Part shown: positions 21,241 to 32,203 of the stretch, one piece after another
Layout of the letters: every line of letters starts with the position of its first letter
How positions within the stretch are numbered: the stretch's first letter is position 1
Assembly (NCBI GenBank): GCA_030390025.1
Contig: CM059431.1
Coordinates: 124,002,001 to 124,066,000 of the forward strand
Length of the DNA stretch: 64,000 bases
Reading direction: 5' to 3'
Source: Squalus acanthias
Lineage: Eukaryota
Notes under the pieces: model-generated
Databases searched by the model: none
Told to the model about the DNA's origin: nothing
Seen by the model: only the letters and a program-made list of their open reading frames with translations
Position numbers and translations under genes: made by a program

Positions 21241-23353
21241 GCAATTATGGCAAGTGGAAGTGGAGGAAGAGGAAGAGAGGCTACAACGTAGGCAGCCCCT
21301 TTCAGCCCGGGCCCTTTGTGATCAGATTATTCATGAGCGATACCAGTAACCTCAACCACACCTCCCCATTCACCAACAGCTCCACACTCTTTACCTTTCC
21401 TCTACCACTGACCATCACATTTTCCTCTTTCTGACAACACACAAATAAAAAGCAGAAAATGTCAATTAATTTCCAATTTTATAAATTCACTCATTAAATA
21501 AAGCATACAAAATTAACTAATCACCCTGTGCATTCCCTTAGTGCCTGTCTTCCTTGTGTCTTTGTCAATCCTAGTGCTCCTACGAGATGTTTCCCCAGTG
21601 GTGGAAGGCTGCTGACCTTCAATTGAGAAGACTGCAGATCGCCTATAAGAATGAACTCGAACAGCACTGGGCCTGGAGCACCCGGCTTCCGACTGCACTA
21701 TCTCAGCCTGAGCTGCAGCAGTCTGGGCTGGCTGGCTGACAGACAACAGCAAGGGCACTGGCCGAGTGGCAGGGGTAGGAGCAGGAATGCTGTCATCCTG
21801 AGAGAGGACAGCATGTTTGTATTCCATGGAGCCACTGCCACTTTCCTGGGGCAGCGTCTCAGCAATCCTGCTGATCTGTTGGAGAACTGATTGGAGAACT
21901 GCTGTGATGCCCTGGAAGCCCCTTTGAAGAGTGATATTTAGAGCCACAATAGCAACTTGCAAGGTAGCAGTCTGAGCTTTCAATGCAGCACTCAGATCTT
22001 CGATGGAAGTTGTTTGTGCTGCAATGGAAGCTGTGACATTGGCCATCAGGTGGTGCATCAGGTGTGCTGATGGAGGTGACCACCTGTTCCATGTTGGAAA
22101 GGATGGGCTCCAAGGTCTGTACAAATCCCTTTGCCAAGTTGGAGCTGGACACCTCCATGCTTTTGGACATTGTGCGTAGCTTTTTGGCAGGCAGTTCAGT
22201 TCACCACAGCTACCTGGACTACACTTCCTCCCACCCCGCCTCCTGTAAGGACTCTATTCCATTCTCCCAGTTTCTCCGTCTCCGCCGCATCTGCTCTGAT
22301 GATGCCACCTTCCATACCAGTGCTTCCGACATGTCTTCCTTTTTCCTCAACCGAGGATTCCCCTCTACCGTGGTCGACACGGCCCTCGACCGTGTCCGTT
22401 CTATCTCCCGCACATCTGCCCTCACCCCTGCCCCTCCCTCCCGGAACCACGATAGGGTTCCCCTTGTCCTCACCTTTCACCCCACCAGCCTCCACATTCA
22501 ACGGATCATCCTCCGCCATTTCCGCCACCTCCAGCGTGATCCCACCACCAAACACATCTTCCCCTCACCTCCCCTTTCAGCATTCCGCAGGGACCGCTCC
22601 CTCCGCGACACCCTAGTCCACTCCTCTACCACCCCCAGCACCCCTTCCCCTTCGCCCGGCACCTTCCCGTGCACGCGCAGGAGATGCAACACATGCCCTT
22701 ATACCTCCCCTCTTCCCACTGTCCAGGGCCCCAAACACCCCTTCCAGGTGAAACAGCGATTTACTTGTACTTCCTGCAATTTAGTATACTGTATTCGCTG
22801 CTCACGATGTGGACTCCTCTACATTGGGGAGACCAAACGCAGATTGGGTGACCGCTTTGCGGAACACCTCCGTTCAGTCCGTAAGGGGGACCCCGAGCTC
22901 CCGGTGGCCTGTCACTTTAATTCACCGCTTCACTCCCACTCTGACCTCACCGTCCTCGGCCTATTACACTGTTCCACGGAAGCTCAGCGTAAGCTCGAGG
23001 AACAGCACCTCATCTTTCGTTTAGGCACGCTACAGCCCTCTGGACTCAATATCGAGTTCAACAATTTTAGATCATAACCTCAGCTCCAATCACATTTATA
23101 TTTTATTTTATCCACCCTTTTATTTGTCCCCCCCACCTTTTTTTTCCTCCTAGAAGCTGGCAGCTGTCCTTCATTCTGCCAGTGGATTTCACACTTCATT
23201 CAGCCTTAATCTGTCACATTAACACCACCTCTAGCCTTGCATATCTCTTAATGTCTCTTAATGTCTCTTCATCTCCTCCTTTGTTCCTTTATCCCCTCCC
23301 CCTTTTCCCAGCTTTACCCTGGCCTTAAATCTATTTGATTTCCAGCTCTTCCC

Positions 23354-23390
23354 AGTTCTGATGAAAGGTCATCGACCTGAAACGTCAACT
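23354..23390 (+). ncRNA. Minimal type I hammerhead ribozyme
   Basis: AGTT-CTGATGA-A-AGGTC-ATC-GACCT-GAAAC-GTC-AACT: catalytic core boxes, stem II hairpin and stem I pairing AGTT/AACT. Confidence 0.85.
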
Positions 23391-26276
23391 CTCTTTCTCT
23401 CTCCACGGATGCTGCCTGGCCTGCTGAGTTTTTCCAGCGTTTTCTGTTGTTATTTCGGATTTCCAGCATCCGCAGTATTTTGCTATCGTATTAGTGTTTG
23501 GTTCACTGCCACCTCTCTTCTTGGAATGCCTACCTTGAAGAAGTTCTGCTCTTCTCTTCGACGGGATTTCCGTTTGGCTCTTCAACCTTGTTCATCTTCA
23601 TTGATTTCAGTTTCCCTTCTCGTGTTTGATCAGGTATCTGCCAAGACTCGGTTTCACAGCCACATTACTTTCCTCAGCAACTGTCTCCGGTTCCGACTTA
23701 TCCCACGTGGATTCCAACTAAACTTCCACCCTTCGTGTTTCGGATCCACCCAGGATTACAAATATCTCCAAGATATTCATCGTTCCTCGAACTACTGCTC
23801 TCGCCGCATCTTGAGATCCACGCTCAATGCCATGCGGCGCCACATGAACACTCTCGACATCTCTCTTCAGCAGCACCGACGCACTCTATCTCAAAGCTGT
23901 CCGGGTCCACAGTTCCATTTCATCCTTAGACTCATCCGACGCTTCAACAAAAAACTTTTCTTCTTCCTTTCCGATGTCAAGGATCGCAAGCTTCAACAAC
24001 TCTTGGACACTAAAGCCCCTCCGGAACCTTCTTCCCCTTCACTTTCCTCTGACCCCCCTTCTCCCAATCTCACCCCCTGCCGCGTTTTCACTATCCCCTC
24101 TGACCTTCCCCTCTCTGACTCCGAACGATCAGTCCTCAGCAAAGGCCTGAGCTTCATCCCCTTACGCCCCCATCTCAATGAATTTCGAGCTCGGCACGAT
24201 GCTGAGCTCTTTTTCCGCCGCCTCCGTCTCCGTGCCCACTTCTCTGGCCAGGAGTCTTCCCCCCGCACGGCTGACCCTTTCTCCCGCTTTCAGAATTCTC
24301 GTTCCACCTGGACCCCTCCCTCTGGCCTCTTACCCTCTCTTGATCTTTTCATTGCTAACTGCCGCCGTGACATCGGCCAGCTCAATTTCTCTGCTCCCCT
24401 CACTCACTCCAACCTACCTCCCTCTGAACTTGCAGCACTCCATTCTCTCCGATCCAACCCTGACATTGTCATTAAACCTGCTGACAAGGGTGGCGCTGTT
24501 GTTGTTTGGCGTACCGACCTCTACCTAGCGGAAGTTGAACGCCAACTCTCTGACACCTCCTCCTACCTCCACCTGGACCATGACCCCACTACCGAACATC
24601 AAGCCACCGTGTCCAAGACTGTCACTGACCTCATCTCCTCTGGAGATCTTCCCCCCACGGCCGCCAACCTCATAGTTCCCCAACCCCGCACAGCCCGCTT
24701 CTACCTCCTTCCCAAGATCCACAAACAGGACTGCCCCGGTAGACCCATCGTTTCAGCCTGTTCTTGCCCCACGGAACTTATCTCTTCCTATCTCGACTCT
24801 ATTTTTTCTCCCCTTGTCCAGTCTCTTCCCACCTACATCCGCGACTCTTCCGATGCCCTCCACCATTTTAACAGTTTCCAGTTTCCCGGCCCCAACCGTC
24901 TCCTCTTCACTATGGACGTACAATCCCTCTACACCTCCATTCCCCACCAGGATGGCCTGAGGGCGCTCCGCTTCTTCCTTGAACAGAGGCCCAACCAGTC
25001 CCCATCCACCACCACCCTCCTCCGCCTGGCTGAACTTGTTCTCACATTGAACAACTTCTCCTTTGACTCTACCCATTTCCTCCAAATTAAAGGTGTTGCT
25101 ATGGGTACCCGCATGGGTCCTAGCTATGCCTGCCTTTTCGTGGGATATGTGGAACACTCTTTGTTCCAGTCCTACTCGGGTCCCCTCCCTCACCTCTTTT
25201 TCCGGTACATTGATGACTGTATCGGTGCCGTCTCCTGCTCTCGCCCTGAACTAGAACATTTCATTCACTATGCTTCCAATTTCCACCCTTCCCTCACCTT
25301 CACATGGTCCATCTCCGACTCTTCCCTTCCCTTCCTCGACTTCTCCATCTCCATCTCTGGGGATAGGTTATTGACTAACATTCACTACAAGCCCACCGAC
25401 TCCCACAGCTACCTGGACTACACTTCCTCCCACCCCGCCTCCTGTAAGGACTCTATTCCATTCTCCCAGTTTCTCCGTCTCCGCCGCATCTGCTCTGATG
25501 ATGCCACCTTCCATACCAGTGCTTCCGACATGTCTTCCTTTTTCCTCAACCGAGGATTCCCCTCTACCGTGGTCGACACGGCCCTCGACCGTGTCCGTTC
25601 TATCTCCCGCACATCTGCCCTCACCCCTGCCCCTCCCTCCCGGAACCACGATAGGGTTCCCCTTGTCCTCACCTTTCACCCCACCAGCCTCCACATTCAA
25701 CGGATCATCCTCCGCCATTTCCGCCACCTCCAGCGTGATCCCACCACCAAACACATCTTCCCCTCACCTCCCCTTTCAGCATTCCGCAGGGACCGCTCCC
25801 TCCGCGACACCCTAGTCCACTCCTCTACCACCCCCAGCACCCCTTCCCCTTCGCCCGGCACCTTCCCGTGCACGCGCAGGAGATGCAACACATGCCCTTA
25901 TACCTCCCCTCTTCCCACTGTCCAGGGCCCCAAACACCCCTTCCAGGTGAAACAGCGATTTACTTGTACTTCCTGCAATTTAGTATACTGTATTCGCTGC
26001 TCACGATGTGGACTCCTCTACATTGGGGAGACCAAACGCAGATTGGGTGACCGCTTTGCGGAACACCTCCGTTCAGTCCGTAAGGGGGACCCCGAGCTCC
26101 CGGTGGCCTGTCACTTTAATTCACCGCTTCACTCCCACTCTGACCTCACCGTCCTCGGCCTATTACACTGTTCCACGGAAGCTCAGCGTAAGCTCGAGGA
26201 ACAGCACCTCATCTTTCGTTTAGGCACGCTACAGCCCTCTGGACTCAATATCGAGTTCAACAATTTTAGATCATAA
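23361..26276 (+). CDS. Penelope-like RT plus GIY-YIG endonuclease, uninterrupted ORF (start may be the ATG at 23526)
   Basis: KPADKG, FYLLPKIHK, GRPIVS, DVQSLYTSI, GVAMG, RYIDD, a CxxxxCxxC linker and VYCIRCSRCGLLYIGET. Confidence 0.93.
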   Translation: MKGHRPETSTLFLSPRMLPGLLSFSSVFCCYFGFPASAVFCYRISVWFTATSLLGMPTLKKFCSSLRRDFRLALQPCSSSLISVSLLVFDQVSAKTRFHSHITFLSNCLRFRLIPRGFQLNFHPSCFGSTQDYKYLQDIHRSSNYCSRRILRSTLNAMRRHMNTLDISLQQHRRTLSQSCPGPQFHFILRLIRRFNKKLFFFLSDVKDRKLQQLLDTKAPPEPSSPSLSSDPPSPNLTPCRVFTIPSDLPLSDSERSVLSKGLSFIPLRPHLNEFRARHDAELFFRRLRLRAHFSGQESSPRTADPFSRFQNSRSTWTPPSGLLPSLDLFIANCRRDIGQLNFSAPLTHSNLPPSELAALHSLRSNPDIVIKPADKGGAVVVWRTDLYLAEVERQLSDTSSYLHLDHDPTTEHQATVSKTVTDLISSGDLPPTAANLIVPQPRTARFYLLPKIHKQDCPGRPIVSACSCPTELISSYLDSIFSPLVQSLPTYIRDSSDALHHFNSFQFPGPNRLLFTMDVQSLYTSIPHQDGLRALRFFLEQRPNQSPSTTTLLRLAELVLTLNNFSFDSTHFLQIKGVAMGTRMGPSYACLFVGYVEHSLFQSYSGPLPHLFFRYIDDCIGAVSCSRPELEHFIHYASNFHPSLTFTWSISDSSLPFLDFSISISGDRLLTNIHYKPTDSHSYLDYTSSHPASCKDSIPFSQFLRLRRICSDDATFHTSASDMSSFFLNRGFPSTVVDTALDRVRSISRTSALTPAPPSRNHDRVPLVLTFHPTSLHIQRIILRHFRHLQRDPTTKHIFPSPPLSAFRRDRSLRDTLVHSSTTPSTPSPSPGTFPCTRRRCNTCPYTSPLPTVQGPKHPFQVKQRFTCTSCNLVYCIRCSRCGLLYIGETKRRLGDRFAEHLRSVRKGDPELPVACHFNSPLHSHSDLTVLGLLHCSTEAQRKLEEQHLIFRLGTLQPSGLNIEFNNFRS

Positions 26277-26552
26277 CCTCAGCTCCAATCACATTTATAT
26301 TTTATTTTATCCACCCTTTTATTTGTCCCCCCCACCTTTTTTTTCCTCCTAGAAGCTGGCAGCTGTCCTTCATTCTGCCAGTGGATTTCACACTTCATTC
26401 AGCCTTAATCTGTCACATTAACACCACCTCTAGCCTTGCATATCTCTTAATGTCTCTTAATGTCTCTTCATCTCCTCCTTTGTTCCTTTATCCCCTCCCC
26501 CTTTTCCCAGCTTTACCCTGGCCTTAAATCTATTTGATTTCCAGCTCTTCCC

Positions 26553-26589
26553 AGTTCTGATGAAAGGTCATCGACCTGAAACGTCAACT
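26553..26589 (+). ncRNA. Minimal type I hammerhead ribozyme (second pseudo-LTR copy)
   Basis: Identical to 23354-23390. Confidence 0.85.
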
Positions 26590-28259
26590 CTCTTTCTCTC
26601 TCCACGGATGCTGCCTGGCCTGCTGAGTTTTTCCAGCGTTTTCTGTTGTTATTTCGGATTTCCAGCATCCGCAGTATTTTGCTATCGTATCAGTTCACCA
26701 AGCATTTGGTTCTGTACACCCATCAGCCTTCTTCTGCAGCTTGGCTCATCAAAGTCCTCATCTGACTCCCCAAGCAGAACTAGTGTGCAACCTTGCCTTC
26801 TGGTGAGCTGGCACCTGCGCACTGGTGCCCGGTGTCTCACCACGTGCAGACCCCTCCTCTATCCTAGCCTCTAAAATACGCACAGTGTCAGTCTCTAAGC
26901 TGGTGTCTGTGAGTGTAAGATTGAGTGACAATGTCCTGTCAGCTACATTGTCTTCTTCCACTAACTGGGAAGGTTTCAGTTCTTGGGTATCTGAAATGAA
27001 AAAGTCAAGGGTTGGTTTGTGGAGGGGGGAGGGGAGAAAGTAAGAAGTGTGTGCTTACATCCTCTGCAGCTTGTGAGTCAGAAAAGATTGTGGGATGAGG
27101 AAGAAGTGGGAAGAGAGAAGGAGGATTAGGTATGCAGATACCCTCATCATCAATCGCTTCAGCAATGCCAGTGGCCACGGCCTCAGCGATGCCCCTTCCC
27201 ATGATGGTCAGCACTGTCTCCTCCATGGGGGTTAACACATGCAGCCACACTTTCCAGTTCATTCCTTTCCTGCTGCCTCCTGTTATGTGGCACCTTCTCC
27301 TGCAAGAGGGAAGTGTGTCAGTGAGTGTCCTGCAATATGCTTGGGTGATGTGGCTGTCATGGTTGAATAGCTGTTAGTGTGTGTGAGCTGTGAGTTGTGG
27401 GTGTGAGGTTTGCAACAGTGCTAAGTGTGTGAGGATGAGGTAAACCATATGAATTGATAGGTTGAGTACTGATTGATAGAGATTGTTGTTAGGTGGGTGA
27501 TGGGGGTGTCGTGAATTGAGCAGTCGATGAGGCTAGTGGTGCAGTTGGTAGGATACACCATTTAAAGATTGAACTCATTCACCTTAACAACTCGTTAAAC
27601 TTCTCCCTGCACTGCATCCATGTTCATGGAGCAACACTCCTGGCATTGGTCTCCACCACTACTTGTCCCCACTGCCTCATGAGCATATGTCTGAAGAGCT
27701 TCCTGCCCCCCTGCAGATACAGGATGTCTCACCTTCTCTCCACTTCTTGCATCAAGACCTTCAGCCATTCTTCAAACTTTTACAACACAGGTTCAGTTCA
27801 CAAAGCACTCCCACCACTTCTTGCAGCCAGAATGCAGCTCCCCTTTAAAAGGTGCAAGCTGTTTTTATGCAGTGCTAGCTACCCACGATACCGGGCCCCC
27901 TGGTGATGTGTGCAGCCAATGAACAGCATGAGTAGCAATGGCTGCACACAGCATAACAGCAGGCAATCACAAATTTAACGTGCTGCCTGCAACACAGTGA
28001 ACGGGCACAGGTTAATCGCGTATCCCCATACTCTCCTTTTTAGGGCGCACCATCATGTCAAGCGCACCCTCTGCAGAATTCTATTCCTACAATAGCACCA
28101 GCTAGCATAATATAATGATTAGGTTTTGATTACTTATTAGAGCTGGTAATGTGATCTTCGACACCTGTTGTACTGCTGCAAATCAGACACTGGCTCTACG
28201 CATTATGGATGCCCACATGAAGTGCCCGTGTGCACAGTGATGAAAGCAAATTATAAAAG

Positions 28260-28711
28260 AGAGTTTGCTTAGATTAACTGGAAGGAAATATTGACAATCA
28301 GGACCATAGATGCACACTGGGAAATATTTGAACAGCAGATAGAAATTACAAAACACTATATTCCATAAGGGAAAAATGGAATATAGCAAAGGCTAGGATT
28401 CCAAGGATGAATCAGATCAAACTTAAAACTAAAAATGCATTTAGTGCTTAAAGAACAAATAATATAAATGAAAGCCAGGACAAATATAGAGAATATAAAG
28501 GAAACCTACTAAAAAAGAGGTTAGAAAGGCTGATGGAATATGAGAGAAAATAGCAACAAAAAAAAGTGAAGAGGAAAAATAGGGTTTTTATAAGTACATT
28601 AGTAGTAATGGGATAGTCAGCAAGGGGTAGGACTACGAAGAGATGAAGTAGGGAAGATTGTAGAGACAATTGAGAGAGAGGCAGAGATGTTAAATAAATG
28701 CTTTGGTCTCA
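28260..28711 (+). mobile_element. Old, degenerate CR1-like fragment; appears to continue at about 31216-31510, 37100-37700 and 38480-38937
   Basis: Degenerate ORF2 motifs in colinear order: AEMLNKCF, a DKPGNYR-like segment, an SQ.GF-like segment, KFADDTK and TQRVVG. Confidence 0.55.
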
Positions 28712-28744
28712 AAAAAATATATTCCAATGAGAAAGAAAGATTTT

Positions 28745-30793
28745 AAGAGAAGGGAGCACCATCCGTGGCTAACTAAGGAAGTAAAGGATGGTATCAAGTT
28801 GAAAACGAAGGCATACAATGTTGCCAAGATTGGTGGGAGACCAGAGGATTGGGAAATTTTTTAAAACCAGTAAAGGATGACTAAAAAAGTAATAAAGAGA
28901 GAGAAGATGAATTATGAGAGTAAGCTGGCAAGAAACATTAAAACAGATAGTAAGAGCTTCTACAGGTATATAAAAAGGAAGAGGATAGCTAAACTAAACG
29001 TTGGTACCTTAGAGGATGAGACTGGGGAATTAATAATGGGGACGGGGAAATGGCAGAGACTCTGAACAAATATTTTGCATCTATCTTCACTGTAGAAGAC
29101 ACTAACAACATCCCAATAATGGATAATCAAGGGGCCACAGGGAGTGGGGAACTAAAGACAATCACTATCACTAAGGAAATAGTACTCGGTAAAATAATGG
29201 GACTAAAAGACGACAAGTCCCCTGGACCAGATGGCCTGCATCCCAGGGTCTTAAAAGAAGTGGCTGCAGAGATAGTGGATGCATTGATTGCAATATACCA
29301 AAATTCCCTGGACTCTGGAGAGGTCCCAGCGGATTGGAAAACCGTTAATGTAACACTCCTATTTAAGAAAGGAGGGAGACAGAAAGCAGGAAACTATAGA
29401 CCAGTTAGCCTAACATCTGTCGTTGGGAAAATGCTGGAGTCCTTCATTAAGGAAGTAGTAGCAGGGCATTTAGAAAAACATACTGCAGTCAAACAGAGTC
29501 AGCATGGTTTTATGAAAGGGAAATCATATTTAACAAATTTGCTGGAGTTCTTTGAGGATGAAACAAGCAGGGTGGACAAGAGTGAGCCAGTGGATGTGGT
29601 GTATTTGGATTTCCAGAAGGCATTCGATAAGGTGCCACATAAAAGGTTACTGCATAAGATAAGAGCTCATGGAGTTGGGGGTAATATATTAGCATGGATA
29701 GAGAATTGGCTAACTAACAGAAAGCAGAGAGTCGGGATAAATGGATCATTTTCTGGTTGGCAAACGGTAACTAGTGGGGTGCCACAAGGATCGGTGCTGG
29801 GGCCACAACTATTTACAATCTACATTAATGACTTGGATGAAGGGATTGAGTGTAATGTAGCCAAGTTTGCAGATGATACAAAGATGGGTGGGAAAGCAAG
29901 TTGTGCAGAGGACTCAAAGAATCTGCAAAGGGATATAGACAGGCTCGGTGAGTGGGCAAACATTTGGCAGATGGAGTATAATGTGGGAAAGTGCAAGGTT
30001 ATCCACTTTGGCAGGAAAAAAGCAAACTATTATTTAAATGGAGAGAGATTACAAAATGCTACAGTTCAGAGGGACTTGGGGGTCCTTGTGCATGAAACAC
30101 AAAAAGTTAGCATGCAGGTACAGCAAGTAATCAAAAAGGCAAATGGAATGTTGGCCTTTATTTCAAGGGGGTTGGAGTATAAAAGCAGGGAGGTCCTGCT
30201 ACAACTGTACAAGGTATTGGTGAGACCACACCTTGAGTACTGCGTACAGTTTTGGTCTCCTTATTTAAAGAAGGATATACTTGCATTGGAGGCAGTTCAG
30301 AGACGATTCACTAGGTTAATTCCAGAGATGAGGGGTTTGACTTATTAGGAAAGGTTGAGCAGGCTGGGCCTATACTCATTGGAATTTAGAAGAATGAGAG
30401 GTGATCTTATCGAAACGTATAAGTTACTGAGGGGGCTCGACAACGTAGATGCAGAGAGGATGTTTCCCCTCATGGGGAAATCTAGAACTCAGGAGCACAG
30501 TCTCAGAATAAAGGGTTGCCCTTTCAGAACTGAGATGAGGAGGAACTTCTTCTCTCAGAGGGTCGTAAATTTGTGGAATTCTCTGCCCCAGAGAGCTGTG
30601 AGGCTGGGTCATTAAATACATTTAAAGTGGAGATAGACAAATTTTTGCAAGATAAGGGAGTGAAGGGTTATGGGGAGCGGGCTGGGAAGTGGCTTTGAGC
30701 CCAAGGTCAGCCATGATCTTATTGAATGGCGGAGCAGGCTCGAGGGGCCAAGTGGCCTATTCCTGCTCCTATTTCTTATGTACTTATGTTCTT
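28745..30793 (+). mobile_element. CR1 LINE, 5'-truncated
   Basis: 432-aa RT ORF (KSPGPDG, NYRPVSLTS, FADDTK), CR1 3' UTR and CTTATGT tail. Confidence 0.95.
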
Positions 30794-30811
30794 GAATTTC
30801 CTTTGAATTTG

Positions 30812-31216
30812 TGCCCAAGGACATTCCCAGTCATGGCATAAAGCCTATTTGTGGCTTAAAATTGAGGAAATTCAGGCATAAATGTGTTATGCACTTACTT
30901 ACGATATGCCTGAATTTCCTCTTTGTTTTATGCCCATTCACCGATATGTATTGTGGCTTATTATCATGGCTCCACCCCCTCCCCCCCATGGAAAAGAATG
31001 GTACACGTGAATTTCATGCAATTACACAGGTTCAAAATGGGTGTAAAGTTATATCCAAAATGTTATTTTATTTCCACCTGTTGATGCTGATTTTTGGATA
31101 TGCCATTGAGTTCGGCAGGAAATTTTGTGTAAATTGCTGTCGGCAAAATGGGTGAAACAACAGACAAAACCTTCGGCAAGACTTTCCAATAACACCGCCA
31201 CAGGAAATTCTGGGCC
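30812..31216. mobile_element. Probable Harbinger-like MITE
   Basis: Weak inverted termini (GCCCAAGGACATTCCC / GGAAATTCTGGGCC) and an internal inverted repeat (AGGAAATTCAGGCATA / TATGCCTGAATTTCCT). Confidence 0.4.
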
Positions 31217-32203
31217 TTTGTCTCATTCTTCACAGACATGGATATTGGACATGTAGAACCAACAGAGTTGGGTGCAGAACAAGTAGTGTAGGTTATTATT
31301 CAAAGAGAGATGGTACTAAAGAACTTACTGAAGCTAAAGATAAACAAATCGCTGTGACCTCATGGTTTATATCTGAGCATCCTGATGAAAACTAGGGAAG
31401 AAATAACCGAGGATCTGACAATAAATTCCTGGAATTCCGTGGAAAGCAAAATTGTACCAGATTACCCTCATCAGAAAAGCAGAAAGGGATAAGCCAGGAA
31501 ATTATAGGTGAGGTATTCTTATTTTGTAAACTACTAGGCCCAGATTTCCCTTAGCAGAAGCCTTGCCACCGGATGCATAGTGAATTGTGCTTTCCACCCA
31601 CTGATTCATTGAATTCTGACCCTGCCAAAATTCACTGGGATTAACCTAATTTGCATGGTTTAATCAAGCTCAAGGTTGCTTTCCTACCTTCACAGGGGAG
31701 ACTACCTCAGGGTGGGTGTAAAATGGCTGCTACAGGCCTCAGACGACTGTGGGGGGAGGGCCAGTGTAAGCAGATGGGCCTTGGCTCTCTAAAATTTCAG
31801 AATCATGGCCTGAACTAATGCCTTGGGGCAGAAATTCGGTATCGCCCCGTTTGGGGCGCAATTATCGGCCGGGCGCAAAGTTTAGCGCCTGGCGCTAATT
31901 ATCGCCTCCGACTGCAAACTTGGCTTTTATCGCCCCTGGAGGTGATTGGAGCGCTAAATCAGGTGCTGCACACCTGTTTGAAGGCGCAAAGGCCGAGGAG
32001 CGAGGCGCTAACTCAGAGCGAGGCGCTAACTCAGAGCGCGGGCGCAGCGTAGGTGCTGTCAGTTAGCGATGGAACACAGACAGACTGGCGCTGGCCAGTT
32101 CTTAAAGGGGAGGGTCGATCTTGCTCTCCAGCCACACCCTGCTCATTGGAGCCTTGAATCTCAGCCTGGAGAGACCTGTGACTACATTTTCCAGCCAAGG
32201 ACT

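Larger units (their letters stand above)
22204..26690 (+). mobile_element. Penelope-like retroelement in partial-tandem (pseudo-LTR) arrangement
   Basis: 22204-23491 repeats at 25403-26690 (offset 3199). Flanking duplication TCAGTTCACCA at 22196-22206 and 26690-26700. Confidence 0.93.
21516..27780 (-). pseudogene. Harbinger Myb/SANT-like accessory gene remnant, split by Penelope
   Basis: Shares the LSQDDSI...QPAQTAAA...RRS motif block with the accessory genes of copies 2 and 3. Confidence 0.7.
19781..28050 (+). mobile_element. Harbinger transposon copy 1 (decayed; convergent transposase and Myb-like genes), interrupted by Penelope
   Basis: Two-gene layout; subterminal sequence near 27960-28020 matches, inverted, 56240-56300. 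Ends are approximate. Confidence 0.8.

Noticed and set aside
22064..23077. 337-aa stand-alone GIY-YIG endonuclease gene
   Set aside because: It is the 5'-truncated tandem copy of the Penelope ORF fused by chance to antisense Harbinger sequence.
31997..32038. 18-bp tandem repeat (GAGCGAGGCGCTAACTCA twice) as a CRISPR-like array
   Set aside because: Two adjacent units without spacers in a transposon subterminal region of eukaryotic DNA.
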